A stretch of DNA of 64,000 bases, from IMG/VR virus record IMGVR_UViG_3300027668_000008, positions 1 to 64,000 of that record; one strand, written 5' to 3'. Positions within the stretch are counted from its first letter, which is position 1. Every line of letters starts with the position of its first letter. The notes under the pieces were generated by a model. The model made no database searches and was not told where the DNA came from. It worked only from the letters and a program-made list of their open reading frames with translations. Positions 27,497-36,477 of the stretch are shown piece after piece. Both the position numbers and the translations under genes were made by a program.

Positions 27497-28803
27497 TATG
27501 CCGCCTTTCTGGTTTTCTTTGGTTCTTCGTTATAATATGCATGAGTTCCAAATGGAGGAACAATGCTTTCATTACCGTGTATAATGAATACTGTGTCACA
27601 ATACAATTCGTCACCCCAACTTCCAAATGGGTAACCATCTGTAAACATAATTAGTTTCTTAGGATCAATACCGTGTTCTTTCATGTATTCCCAATTACAA
27701 TCGAAGTCTGTACCTCCGCCTCCAACTGGTTGGTAATCAATTAGTTCGTCTCCGTTATGCGGATCAAAATCTGCTTCAGCATACACAGAAGTATCAAAGC
27801 ACCATAACTTAATGCTATAATCTTCGTAAGCATCCATAATACCTTTTACTTCACTTAAGAAGTCTTTTGTCATGCTATTACTAATACTACCTGACATATC
27901 AAGTGCAATACAAACATCAATCTTTTCATCGTTGTTCATACCTGGTAGTATTGCATCCATGTGCCATGAACGTCTGTTAATTTTTTGGAAAGTAAAGTCA
28001 CTTTTAATAGTGCTTTCAATTTGTTGTTGTAACAATGTACGCCAATCCATTTTAGGTTGTGTCCAAGACTCTATAAGTCGTTTAACACCTGCAGGAACAT
28101 TACTAGCACCCGAACTCTGTGCCGCACCCATTACAGCCGCTTTCATCTCTTCTTTAATCTGACGCTTCTCTTCGTCTGACAATGAAGGACGTACACTTTT
28201 GCCGCCTTTAGAATCTCCATTACCTTCAGAAGCATCATTGGCTTTTTTGCCTTTACCATCTTCTTCAAGGTGGTCATCTAATACTTTTTGTAAAAGGTCT
28301 TCAATATCAATTTTGTCTGCGTTTTCATATAAGTCATCATACACTTCTTCAAATGACCAATCATAATATTTTCTATCATGTATCATTTCAACAAGTTTAA
28401 TAGGTTCACCAACTGAGTTTTTAACAAGGTCGCCATTAACACAATAGTCAGCGGCAATGTTTGACAAGTTTTTATCACGTCCATGGAACCTTCCCATGTG
28501 GTCATAAACAACGTGCAACACTTCGTGTCCAAATAAGAACATAGTCTCGCCAACAGTTAGTGCATCTATAAATCTTGTATTGTAATAAAAACGTCTACCG
28601 TCTGTTGCCGCCGTAGGCAACCAATCGTCACCATTTACAAGTTCAAGCCTTGTAGCAAGTGTTCCAAAGAATGGATGTTTAATAAGCAAACTAACACGAG
28701 CTTGTACTAATTTCTCTCTAACTTCTAAATCTAATTTAGGATCAGTTTCAAAGCCTGTTTCACAAACAAACTTACCACTGCTTTTATTAGTTTGAAACGA
28801 CAT
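27496..28803 (-). CDS. Metallopeptidase-like (HExxH) plus vWA domain protein (DUF2201-like)
   Basis: TAATDG..FYYN; HEVLH; DMSGS MIDAS; GGGGTDF; FTDG. Confidence 0.85.
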   Translation of the reverse strand: MSFQTNKSSGKFVCETGFETDPKLDLEVREKLVQARVSLLIKHPFFGTLATRLELVNGDDWLPTAATDGRRFYYNTRFIDALTVGETMFLFGHEVLHVVYDHMGRFHGRDKNLSNIAADYCVNGDLVKNSVGEPIKLVEMIHDRKYYDWSFEEVYDDLYENADKIDIEDLLQKVLDDHLEEDGKGKKANDASEGNGDSKGGKSVRPSLSDEEKRQIKEEMKAAVMGAAQSSGASNVPAGVKRLIESWTQPKMDWRTLLQQQIESTIKSDFTFQKINRRSWHMDAILPGMNNDEKIDVCIALDMSGSISNSMTKDFLSEVKGIMDAYEDYSIKLWCFDTSVYAEADFDPHNGDELIDYQPVGGGGTDFDCNWEYMKEHGIDPKKLIMFTDGYPFGSWGDELYCDTVFIIHGNESIVPPFGTHAYYNEEPKKTRKAA

Positions 28804-28834
28804 ATATTACTCCTTTTGTTTAACTTATACTATT

Positions 28835-28862
28835 ATAATAACATCTTTACAGTATTTGTCAA
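28835..28862 (-). promoter_or_regulatory. Sigma70-type early promoter
   Basis: TTGACA-N16-TATTAT with TG extension, TATAAGTTAA leader, AAGGAG. Confidence 0.8.
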
Positions 28863-28866
28863 TACC

Positions 28867-29208
28867 TTAATGCAAGGTTTTCTTAAATATTTGTCCTATT
28901 AATTGGGGGAATTCGTCTTCTATTTCCATACGAACTGCTTCTTCAATACCCGAATCTGCTATTGCAAGGATCTGCTTCATAGTGAATGCCTTTGTCTCTT
29001 TGTTCTTAGGCATTACTACTGTTTTTAATTGTCCGTTTGGACTAATGACAAGCATCCAGTCATCATCTTCAACAGTGTGAAGTAATTTTTTTATTTCTTT
29101 TTCGGTCATATAATTACTTATCTTTAAGTTTTTAGGGAATAAAGGTGGCCGAGTCTTAGTTCTCTGATGATCGGACTCTGGTTTAATACAACGTAAACTA
29201 GTATTCAC
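28867..29208 (-). CDS. Hypothetical protein (start uncertain, possibly 29109)
   Basis: ORF track; acidic small protein. Confidence 0.45.
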   Translation of the reverse strand: MNTSLRCIKPESDHQRTKTRPPLFPKNLKISNYMTEKEIKKLLHTVEDDDWMLVISPNGQLKTVVMPKNKETKAFTMKQILAIADSGIEEAVRMEIEDEFPQLIGQIFKKTLH

Positions 29209-29238
29209 TATTCATAACCACCTTATTCTTTTAAAAGC

Positions 29239-29262
29239 GAAAGGGGTTTTTACACCCCTTTC
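29239..29262 (-). terminator. Intrinsic terminator after the AAA+ gene
   Basis: GAAAGGGGT/ACCCCTTTC 9-bp stem, 6-nt loop, T-rich tail on the minus strand. Confidence 0.7.
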
Positions 29263-29282
29263 TAAATTACCTAGCAGGAGAA

Positions 29283-30398
29283 CTAGGCGTTATGACTGGC
29301 TTTGATATACTTACCAAACCTGTCATAAAACTCTTTGTAATTCTTTAAATACTTAGGTCGTAATGGTATCTTGTAAGTAACCAATGCCGCCCTTGCACCA
29401 AGTACAACCATTTCAGTTTCAAAGTTATCCATCATAAACCTAAAGAAGTTATCTGCAAGTTTGTGGAATTTCTCAATACCTTTTGTACCTTCTTTTTCGT
29501 ATGCTTCACGTAATTCGTAACACATAGAAACAGTAAGTGAATACCTACCTGAGATTTCAACACTTGAATCCAGTGTCTTAACCTTGCCTGCAAGTACATC
29601 ACTTGGGTTAGGAAGTTTGCCACTGTTCTTTAAAGTAGCCATAAACTTAACACCAACGCCTTCACCAACTGCACCTGAAACTAGGTTTGCTAATGTTTCT
29701 TCGTCCATGTCATCATCGTCAATTAAGTCACTAACGAATGTCCAAGAACGAGGAGTTGCAAATGAACGACTTGAGCTACGTGGATCAAAGTCAAACAAGT
29801 CCTGCTTGTGAACTGTTATGTGACCAATAACATCTGAATGTATGTTATTATTGATTGCCCAGTTTAACCAAGACTCATAATCAACACGCATTTCTAAGTG
29901 AACGAACCTGTTTGCCAACGGTGCTGGCATCCTGTAAGTAACACCTTTATCAGTCTCCCTGTTACCTGCGGCAACAATAACTACGTTACTTGGAAGTTGA
30001 TATTTACCAACACGGTTATTAAGAACTAATTGGTAAGCCGCCGCCTGTGTACTTTGCGGAGCAGAGTTAAGTTCGTCTAAGAACAATACAACTGTATCAT
30101 ATTGTTTAGCCAACTCAGGACTTGGAAGGTCAACCGGTGGTGCCCAATCCATAACGCCTAATTCTTTATTGTAAAACGGAATACCTTTAATATCAGTTGG
30201 CTCCATTAGTGCCATACGCAAGTCAATTAGCAATGCGTTTCCAATATCACCAGAATCAACAATGCCTTGCATCAGTTCTGATTTACCAATTCCCATAGGT
30301 CCCCAAAGGAACACAGGTCGCTTTTTAGCGAATGCTTTGAGTATAGCCTTGTTAGCGGCAATACTTGTTACGGTCCTATTTTCTGTTAATTGTGACAT
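29283..30398 (-). CDS. MoxR-like AAA+ ATPase
   Basis: GPMGIGKS Walker A; LFLDE Walker B; AAGN; NRFVH. Confidence 0.9.
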   Translation of the reverse strand: MSQLTENRTVTSIAANKAILKAFAKKRPVFLWGPMGIGKSELMQGIVDSGDIGNALLIDLRMALMEPTDIKGIPFYNKELGVMDWAPPVDLPSPELAKQYDTVVLFLDELNSAPQSTQAAAYQLVLNNRVGKYQLPSNVVIVAAGNRETDKGVTYRMPAPLANRFVHLEMRVDYESWLNWAINNNIHSDVIGHITVHKQDLFDFDPRSSSRSFATPRSWTFVSDLIDDDDMDEETLANLVSGAVGEGVGVKFMATLKNSGKLPNPSDVLAGKVKTLDSSVEISGRYSLTVSMCYELREAYEKEGTKGIEKFHKLADNFFRFMMDNFETEMVVLGARAALVTYKIPLRPKYLKNYKEFYDRFGKYIKASHNA

Positions 30399-30437
30399 AT
30401 TATCTCCTTAATTTGTCGTTTTTTTAGTTTATACTTT

Positions 30438-30465
30438 ATAATAACATCTTTTGTCTTGTTGTCAA
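30438..30465 (-). promoter_or_regulatory. Sigma70-type early promoter
   Basis: TTGACA-N16-TATTAT with TG extension. Confidence 0.8.
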
Positions 30466-30470
30466 CCTTT

Positions 30471-30812
30471 TTAGGCAACATTTTGAAATCCTAAACTTGC
30501 AACAACAGATTTATTACCGCTTTCATCTATGACAATATCTCCAACACTAATTGAATGCATTGGTTTAAATCTTTCTATTTGTTCTTCAGGGCCTATATTA
30601 CCAACTTCAAATACATCTTCTAAATCGTTAGCATTAATATTTGCAACGTGTTCAAAGTAACCATCTTTAAATGCTTGACTGGCTGGAACATTAATATCTT
30701 CTGCAAGAATCATATCCATTTTAGCCTTCTGCTTTGGAACTGAATTATGTCCATGTTCATTGATCATATCAACATCAGCATCTGACAATCTAATTTGAAA
30801 AACTTTATACAT
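30471..30812 (-). CDS. Small phage early protein
   Basis: AAGGAG RBS; MHSISVGDIV motif. Confidence 0.7.
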   Translation of the reverse strand: MYKVFQIRLSDADVDMINEHGHNSVPKQKAKMDMILAEDINVPASQAFKDGYFEHVANINANDLEDVFEVGNIGPEEQIERFKPMHSISVGDIVIDESGNKSVVASLGFQNVA

Positions 30813-30844
30813 ATATTCAACTCCTTTGTTTAACTTATATAACT

Positions 30845-30872
30845 ATTATAACACAAACAGTTAATGTGTCAA
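30845..30872 (-). promoter_or_regulatory. Sigma70-type early promoter
   Basis: TTGACA-N16-TATAAT with TG extension, TATAAGTTAA leader. Confidence 0.8.
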
Positions 30873-30879
30873 TACCTAA

Positions 30880-31083
30880 TTACAGGTATTTTGACATTTT
30901 TTCTTGCCATACTTCATAAAGTCCATCTTCAACGTTATCAGCATCAGAAGAACCAGCAAGTAAATCTTCATGGTGTTTCATTTTGTTAGTAAATTCATCA
31001 AACGATTCACAGTTTGTAATTTCTTTATTTGCAATGTCGTAAAACTTATCTACGTTATCAAATATATAACTACTCATTCCCAT
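30880..31083 (-). CDS. Small acidic early protein
   Basis: AAGGAG RBS; has its own promoter. Confidence 0.7.
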   Translation of the reverse strand: MGMSSYIFDNVDKFYDIANKEITNCESFDEFTNKMKHHEDLLAGSSDADNVEDGLYEVWQEKMSKYL

Positions 31084-31117
31084 TTTTATCTCCTTTGTTT
31101 AATTTAACTTATACTTT

Positions 31118-31145
31118 ATAATAACATCTATTGCCAATGTGTCAA
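31118..31145 (-). promoter_or_regulatory. Sigma70-type early promoter
   Basis: TTGACA-N16-TATTAT with TG extension, TATAAGTTAA leader. Confidence 0.8.
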
Positions 31146-31259
31146 CCTTTTATTAATCGTGTGTTATATGAAGTATTTGAGCCCTTAAACACCCGTTAAA
31201 TGGTAGTTTAATCGCTTATATAAGGGTCGTATACGGGATCTGCGGGTTTATGTGTAAAC

Positions 31260-31685
31260 TTATAGGGGTTTGTTGGCTTCTAGATACAAATCTAAGTCGC
31301 CATCGTATAAAGACAGCATAGTTGCTACTTCTTCACCGAATAGTTCAATTTTAGGGAAATTGTTGGATAAGGATCCAACTAGGAAATATGGACATTCAAT
31401 TACTTTATCCATATACAATACATTCTTAAAGTTCTGTATTGGTCGTTTAAGTTTTAAAGTGGTGTACTCGATATTGCAGTTAGCAACAAAGAATGCTCTG
31501 CCATTATTGGTTAGCCTTAGCCCACCATCTTCTCTAAAGTTTGCCCAAATCTTTGGATACAATTTATCTAGAGGTTCGTCTATACCAACTGCTTCTTTAA
31601 GCAGTATTTCGGTTAGCCTTCGTTTGTTGATTCCGGATATATGCATACGCCTGCGTTCATTAAAACTACTGTAAATTTGTCGCAC
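31260..31685 (-). CDS. Hypothetical protein
   Basis: ORF track; contains GGLRLT..G. Confidence 0.6.
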   Translation of the reverse strand: MRQIYSSFNERRRMHISGINKRRLTEILLKEAVGIDEPLDKLYPKIWANFREDGGLRLTNNGRAFFVANCNIEYTTLKLKRPIQNFKNVLYMDKVIECPYFLVGSLSNNFPKIELFGEEVATMLSLYDGDLDLYLEANKPL

Positions 31686-31915
31686 TTGAATAGTACGTTA
31701 AGTTTTTTCGCTAGGTTGATTGCATGGCCCGGGTTTGAAAATGAAACTTTCTTATACTTTGGAGATGCGTATCCAATCATCGCATTAAAACTCTTTAAGT
31801 TGATTGGTTTTTGGTCATAAAATACTGCCCAAACACCTTCACTCGCAAGGATCTGATCCGTTTTATAGTCTTTGTCGACTTTTTCAATAAGAATTACTGG
31901 CTTTGGTCTACTCAC
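31613..31915 (-). CDS. Hypothetical protein
   Basis: MSRPKP...KYKKVSFSNPGHAINLAKKLN; GGAG RBS. Confidence 0.7.
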   Translation of the reverse strand: MSRPKPVILIEKVDKDYKTDQILASEGVWAVFYDQKPINLKSFNAMIGYASPKYKKVSFSNPGHAINLAKKLNVLFKCDKFTVVLMNAGVCIYPESTNEG

Positions 31916-31978
31916 TTATATTCTCCGATATATTTAATTACAAATATATTTATCCAAAGAACATATTAAATGCTACTA

Positions 31979-32227
31979 TTATGAGTTAAAAACTCCACCG
32001 TCCATTTCGCCTGTAGTGGGTGCTACATCTTGCTCCAGTAGTGTTATTACTTTGTTTTGTAAAGATATTACTTTATCTTGTAGTTCTACAATGTCATTTA
32101 CTATTAGGCTGGCTTGTGTTGTATCGATTGATACTTGATCTTTATGCATATCTCTACTGCTAGAAACTAGATGTGCAAATTCTGATAGTTGTATACTCAT
32201 TTGGGATCTTCCTGGTTCATACGCCAT
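31979..32227 (-). CDS. Hypothetical coiled-coil protein
   Basis: ORF track. Confidence 0.6.
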   Translation of the reverse strand: MAYEPGRSQMSIQLSEFAHLVSSSRDMHKDQVSIDTTQASLIVNDIVELQDKVISLQNKVITLLEQDVAPTTGEMDGGVFNS

Positions 32228-32275
32228 AACATAAACACCGGTAAGGCATAGGATAGTAATAAGATTAATACTAGA

Positions 32276-32800
32276 CTAATCATCTTCCCTACTTTTTTTC
32301 CGTAGTGTTGTTAGCATATCTTCTTTTATTTTAAATGGGCCAATAAACTCGTATTTGTCTAAGGTTACAAGTTTTGGACAAAAACTTCTTGTCCAACCAT
32401 TCTCGTACCTAACAACATAGTAACCTGCACAATGCATACTTTGACTTTTTTCATTTTTAGAATATAATGGAAGTTTCTTTCTAACATCATATACTTCATT
32501 GAACGGTTGACTTGCACTAGGATACCCATGTACATCGGCAACGTGTTTTTCGTCTGTATTTCGTGTTACTTCGCCTTGTGGTGACTGAACAGTTACATTT
32601 ATAACGTTAGTATCAATGTTAATACCAAAGTCCACAGTTAAACTAGACTTATCTACTTGTCTAACAATACCGTCTTTGTAACTAACTTCATATTGGTCAC
32701 TAGTATCATTACCTACTTGTCTAAGTGTTCCACACTTTTGACCATCTGCTTCGATGATCCAAAATTTCTTTTCAATTATTGTTTTTAAATTATAACTCAT
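32276..32800 (-). CDS. Hypothetical protein
   Basis: ORF track; C-terminal CAGYY..W..SFCPK..L..Y...GPFK. Confidence 0.7.
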   Translation of the reverse strand: MSYNLKTIIEKKFWIIEADGQKCGTLRQVGNDTSDQYEVSYKDGIVRQVDKSSLTVDFGINIDTNVINVTVQSPQGEVTRNTDEKHVADVHGYPSASQPFNEVYDVRKKLPLYSKNEKSQSMHCAGYYVVRYENGWTRSFCPKLVTLDKYEFIGPFKIKEDMLTTLRKKSREDD

Positions 32801-33786
32801 TTATATCCTGCCTGTAAAAATTCTGCATACTTTTGAGCATTGTCGGCTAACTTCTGTAAATCATATTTGCCACAGAACTTTAAGAACTTTGCACCTACCA
32901 TCGGGTGTTCTTTTATTGCCACAGTTTCATCGATGTGCGTATCTACAACATCTTTAACATCTTGAGGTTGCTCAGTTAAGTCTATCAAATGTACATTGCG
33001 AGTGTAATCATCTAATACACGATGCTCTACACCATGATGATCTACCCATCGTTGTAACATCATGTTGTTCCAATTAAAGCCTTTGTTCTTACGATCCTCA
33101 AATGCTTCAAGTAAGCCTACTTTGTTCTTAGTGCCTTTCTTACGAACACCGGGGAACGCACTAAACACATTATCACTTGTATCGCCTCGCATACATTTTT
33201 CAAACAATAACCATTCGGGATCAGGTATTGCTTTAGGTAACTTTGTTTTCTTATCAACTACATACTTACCCTTGTCATCAAAGATGCCTTTTAATGTATG
33301 TAATTCTTGTGTAATACCGTTATACTGTGTTACCTTATCAGTTATTAACTGTATAAAATCTGTGTCACTACTAACAATACAATGCTCATCTTCCGGGTGC
33401 TTGTATACCCAACGTGCAATTATATCGTCTGCTTCTGCAATCTTACATTGTAATACACTACAGTTAGTCTTATCTTTTAAGAATGTTGTAAGGTCGTCAA
33501 AGGCTTGCCAAAATAACTGATCTTCTTCTTGTTCTGCTTCTGTTAGAGCCTGACGTGCTACTGCACGATTCTTTTTATAAGGCTCATAGAAGTCTTTACG
33601 CCAACTGCGTCCTTCTAAACAAAATACAACATGATCTGCACCTTGCTTCTGATATGCTTTTAATACCGCATTAAGAGTAATGTGCATTGCCAGTCCTAAT
33701 TTCTCTTCTGCTGACGTACCTCGATATGCTACGTGACGAGCTCTAAAGAAAGTATTTGCAGTGTCTACTAATAGATATTTTGTCAT
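32797..33786 (-). CDS. rnh: T4 RNase H-like 5'-3' exonuclease (FEN1/PIN fold)
   Basis: LLVDTAN; EADD; IVSSDTDF.QL; GDTSDNV; likely ATG at 33786. Confidence 0.9.
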   Translation of the reverse strand: MTKYLLVDTANTFFRARHVAYRGTSAEEKLGLAMHITLNAVLKAYQKQGADHVVFCLEGRSWRKDFYEPYKKNRAVARQALTEAEQEEDQLFWQAFDDLTTFLKDKTNCSVLQCKIAEADDIIARWVYKHPEDEHCIVSSDTDFIQLITDKVTQYNGITQELHTLKGIFDDKGKYVVDKKTKLPKAIPDPEWLLFEKCMRGDTSDNVFSAFPGVRKKGTKNKVGLLEAFEDRKNKGFNWNNMMLQRWVDHHGVEHRVLDDYTRNVHLIDLTEQPQDVKDVVDTHIDETVAIKEHPMVGAKFLKFCGKYDLQKLADNAQKYAEFLQAGYK

Positions 33787-33787
33787 G

Positions 33788-33964
33788 TTAGTCCTTATTG
33801 ATAATATTTGGTGTAATAGCATCTACGACATTCACAGTCGTCGATACAACTGCTTTAGCAGTGTAGATAGTCGTACTAGCAACTGTGTCAACAACTGCAA
33901 CAGTTGTGCTACAAGCAGATAGTAACGATATGAATGTAATTAATAATATTACTTTTTTGTACAT
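33788..33964 (-). CDS. 58-aa lipoprotein, not in the ORF track
   Basis: MYKKVILLITFISLLSAC: lipobox LSAC. Confidence 0.65.
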   Translation of the reverse strand: MYKKVILLITFISLLSACSTTVAVVDTVASTTIYTAKAVVSTTVNVVDAITPNIINKD

Positions 33965-33967
33965 ACT

Positions 33968-34813
33968 TTATATTGTAAACAATTTTGTTGTATCTGTCAA
34001 GTATAAAAGTACCTTTTGACCAAAGTTTCTGTGTCCATGCTTGTCAAATTGATTAACTTTTAGTATACTAGCCGTTCCATTTTCTTTAATTTTTGAAAAA
34101 TGCATTCGGTTTGTATTCTTAGTAGTAGATTTAAGTGTTTCATTTCTAGTTAGTGCATAATCTATAACTGCAACTGCGTCATTATCTTTTAAATTTGCAA
34201 ACATTATGTTAGTTAATGGGAATTTTACCCAATCATCTTCTGCAGAATTCTTATCACCAAGTATTGCTGTCTTTAGTCTGTCTATTTCAACAGACATAAT
34301 CACAAATCTGTTATTATAGTCAGCCATTTCCTCTACAAACTCAGAGAATTTTTTTATTTTTGCCACTGCATTAGCATTATCATTGGACTTGCTAAGGTTT
34401 AGTTTATCTAAACTAGACTTAATCTTTGATGCGTGTCCTTTGTATACATTATTTAAATGCTTTTCAAGTTCGTGTTGCTCTTGTGGATTATAAGATAATA
34501 AATCTATCTTACCTTTTGAAGTAGGTAAGTTGATAATAAAGTAATTGATTTGGTCTTCGTCGTCTACATCTTTATAATTGTTTATAGTTTCAATGGCGGC
34601 ATCAATAGTTCCTCCTACACTGAAATCATGGTCAACTACATAGTAGACATAACCGTCAATCTTGTTTGCTATCTCATCTACCCAAGAGTTATACATTGCA
34701 TTAGGATCTATGCTAAACTTCTTTTTGGCCCAGCGATCATCTGCATAAAATTCTTTTGCCTTTGCAACTGGTAAGTTCCAGTTGTCTCCGATTACATATA
34801 TTCTGTTATTCAT
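33968..34813 (-). CDS. Hypothetical protein, degenerate SGNH-like fold
   Basis: YVIGDNW at the block I position, lacking the catalytic Ser. Confidence 0.5.
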   Translation of the reverse strand: MNNRIYVIGDNWNLPVAKAKEFYADDRWAKKKFSIDPNAMYNSWVDEIANKIDGYVYYVVDHDFSVGGTIDAAIETINNYKDVDDEDQINYFIINLPTSKGKIDLLSYNPQEQHELEKHLNNVYKGHASKIKSSLDKLNLSKSNDNANAVAKIKKFSEFVEEMADYNNRFVIMSVEIDRLKTAILGDKNSAEDDWVKFPLTNIMFANLKDNDAVAVIDYALTRNETLKSTTKNTNRMHFSKIKENGTASILKVNQFDKHGHRNFGQKVLLYLTDTTKLFTI

Positions 34814-35520
34814 AATAATTTTAAGAAACTCCGTTGTAAGGTTTTGTATGCTTCTTTATCAAAGTAACCCCGTCTATGAGGTTGGTGTTGTTTGGAAAGT
34901 ATTTCAACTATACTTTCATTAAGGAAGGTTACGTTGTTAGGTAAGTTTAAATCTAAACTTTCCAAATGTGTAGTTCGATAAACTATCACTTTGTGTGTAA
35001 TATTACTTATCCTCTGAATAAACATTTCTAAGTACTCAATCTTCTTAGCAACATCAACAGTCTTACGTTTCTCACACATCATTTGGTATGTGCTTAACTC
35101 TGCTGGAGTAAGTTCGCCTAAGTTATCAGTACCATTTAGTAGTAAATGCTTACCCACAAACGTAGAGTAATCAGTATCAACACCAAACAACGATTTAAAC
35201 TGTTCTTCATTCTCTGAATGAAATGTGTATAAATCCGGTATACCTATGAAAGCCGTTATTTGATCATTATGACCTGCTATTTCACTTTCATATCTTTCTA
35301 AGTTATCTAACATTACTTCTAGTGTTAGATTATGTCTGCCTACAGTAATTGGTCTTGCTTTGTACATATCTGCCAAGTTTGTAATAAAACTACCAGGCTT
35401 GTTATCCGGGTGCTCTATATCTCTAGCACCAAAATACTTTGGATCATCTTGTGATATTGTATATAGGTTGCCAGTACAACAACCACTTGAGTAACCATCA
35501 CCTATATTATAAAATATCAT
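34810..35520 (-). CDS. Hypothetical protein, degenerate SGNH-like fold
   Basis: YNIGDGYS. Confidence 0.5.
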   Translation of the reverse strand: MIFYNIGDGYSSGCCTGNLYTISQDDPKYFGARDIEHPDNKPGSFITNLADMYKARPITVGRHNLTLEVMLDNLERYESEIAGHNDQITAFIGIPDLYTFHSENEEQFKSLFGVDTDYSTFVGKHLLLNGTDNLGELTPAELSTYQMMCEKRKTVDVAKKIEYLEMFIQRISNITHKVIVYRTTHLESLDLNLPNNVTFLNESIVEILSKQHQPHRRGYFDKEAYKTLQRSFLKLL

Positions 35521-35874
35521 TTACTTTAATTTCCCGCCAATTTCCCAACCTAGGACTATTCCGTAGTTCTCTTCACCAGTAGACTTTAACTTCTCATATG
35601 CTGGAGAGATGAACCATGTACCTACTTTGTATCTTATCATCGGAACAACATCTGCATATTCGTATCCTGAAACTAATCCTACTTCCAATGAATGAAATTC
35701 ATCAAAGCGGAACTCTTTTCCAACGTATGCACTTACCTTATATTCTGAATTATAAAATATGCCTGCAATATTATCATCTACAGTACACCTTGCGTGTGGG
35801 TGTAGGGCGTTATAACTGCCTTCTAAACCAACGTGCATAGACAGTGCCATAAACACCGATAAGCAAGTTCCCAC
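35521..35874 (-). CDS. Small beta-rich, probably outer-membrane protein
   Basis: Signal-like N-terminus; alternating aromatic/Gly strands. Confidence 0.45.
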   Translation of the reverse strand: MGTCLSVFMALSMHVGLEGSYNALHPHARCTVDDNIAGIFYNSEYKVSAYVGKEFRFDEFHSLEVGLVSGYEYADVVPMIRYKVGTWFISPAYEKLKSTGEENYGIVLGWEIGGKLK

Positions 35875-36251
35875 TATTTGATTTCTTTACGTCCGTCACC
35901 GATATCGGTGGTTTTAATAAAACTAGTTCTACCCCGTTCGTCCATATTCTCATATTCGCTTAATGCAACGTTCTTGCATACTGCGTTGAACCATTGGTCT
36001 ACTACTGTTTCATCTTCAACACCTTGGAAGCCTTTAGCTCTTAACTCTGCTACAAAGAATTCATTCCAATCTAATTCAAATGCACCTTGTACAGGATTAT
36101 CAGCATCGATGTCTAAGCCAATAACTTCAATAAACGGTTGTTTATTTTTAGTCGCTTCTGCTTTTGCTTTTGCACTATCTTGTGGAGTCTGTGCTTTAAT
36201 TGTTTCTTTCAGTTTTTCTTTCTTACCAAACATTTTTTTTAGTATGTCCAT
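35874..36251 (-). CDS. Hypothetical protein
   Basis: FELDWN..FV..L...G..G..DE..VDQWF. Confidence 0.7.
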   Translation of the reverse strand: MDILKKMFGKKEKLKETIKAQTPQDSAKAKAEATKNKQPFIEVIGLDIDADNPVQGAFELDWNEFFVAELRAKGFQGVEDETVVDQWFNAVCKNVALSEYENMDERGRTSFIKTTDIGDGRKEIK

Positions 36252-36252
36252 A

Positions 36253-36468
36253 TTACTCCTTACTTTCTTTTGTGGCTGTTGATTGTAATTCTTGTACCAT
36301 CTTCATGAAGTTATTCATCATGTCGTTGTGTTTGTCGATTCCAGCCGGTATACAAATTGCCGTACTATCATTTTTTAGAACGTGTTCTAGTGCCGCATTA
36401 CAAACGTCTGCACTTGGGTATGTTATATTTAATTGCATAACAGTCGATAGTAGTATGTATTTAAGCAT
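36253..36468 (-). CDS. Small hypothetical protein
   Basis: ORF track; two Cys. Confidence 0.5.
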   Translation of the reverse strand: MLKYILLSTVMQLNITYPSADVCNAALEHVLKNDSTAICIPAGIDKHNDMMNNFMKMVQELQSTATKESKE

Positions 36469-36477
36469 TTTATATCC

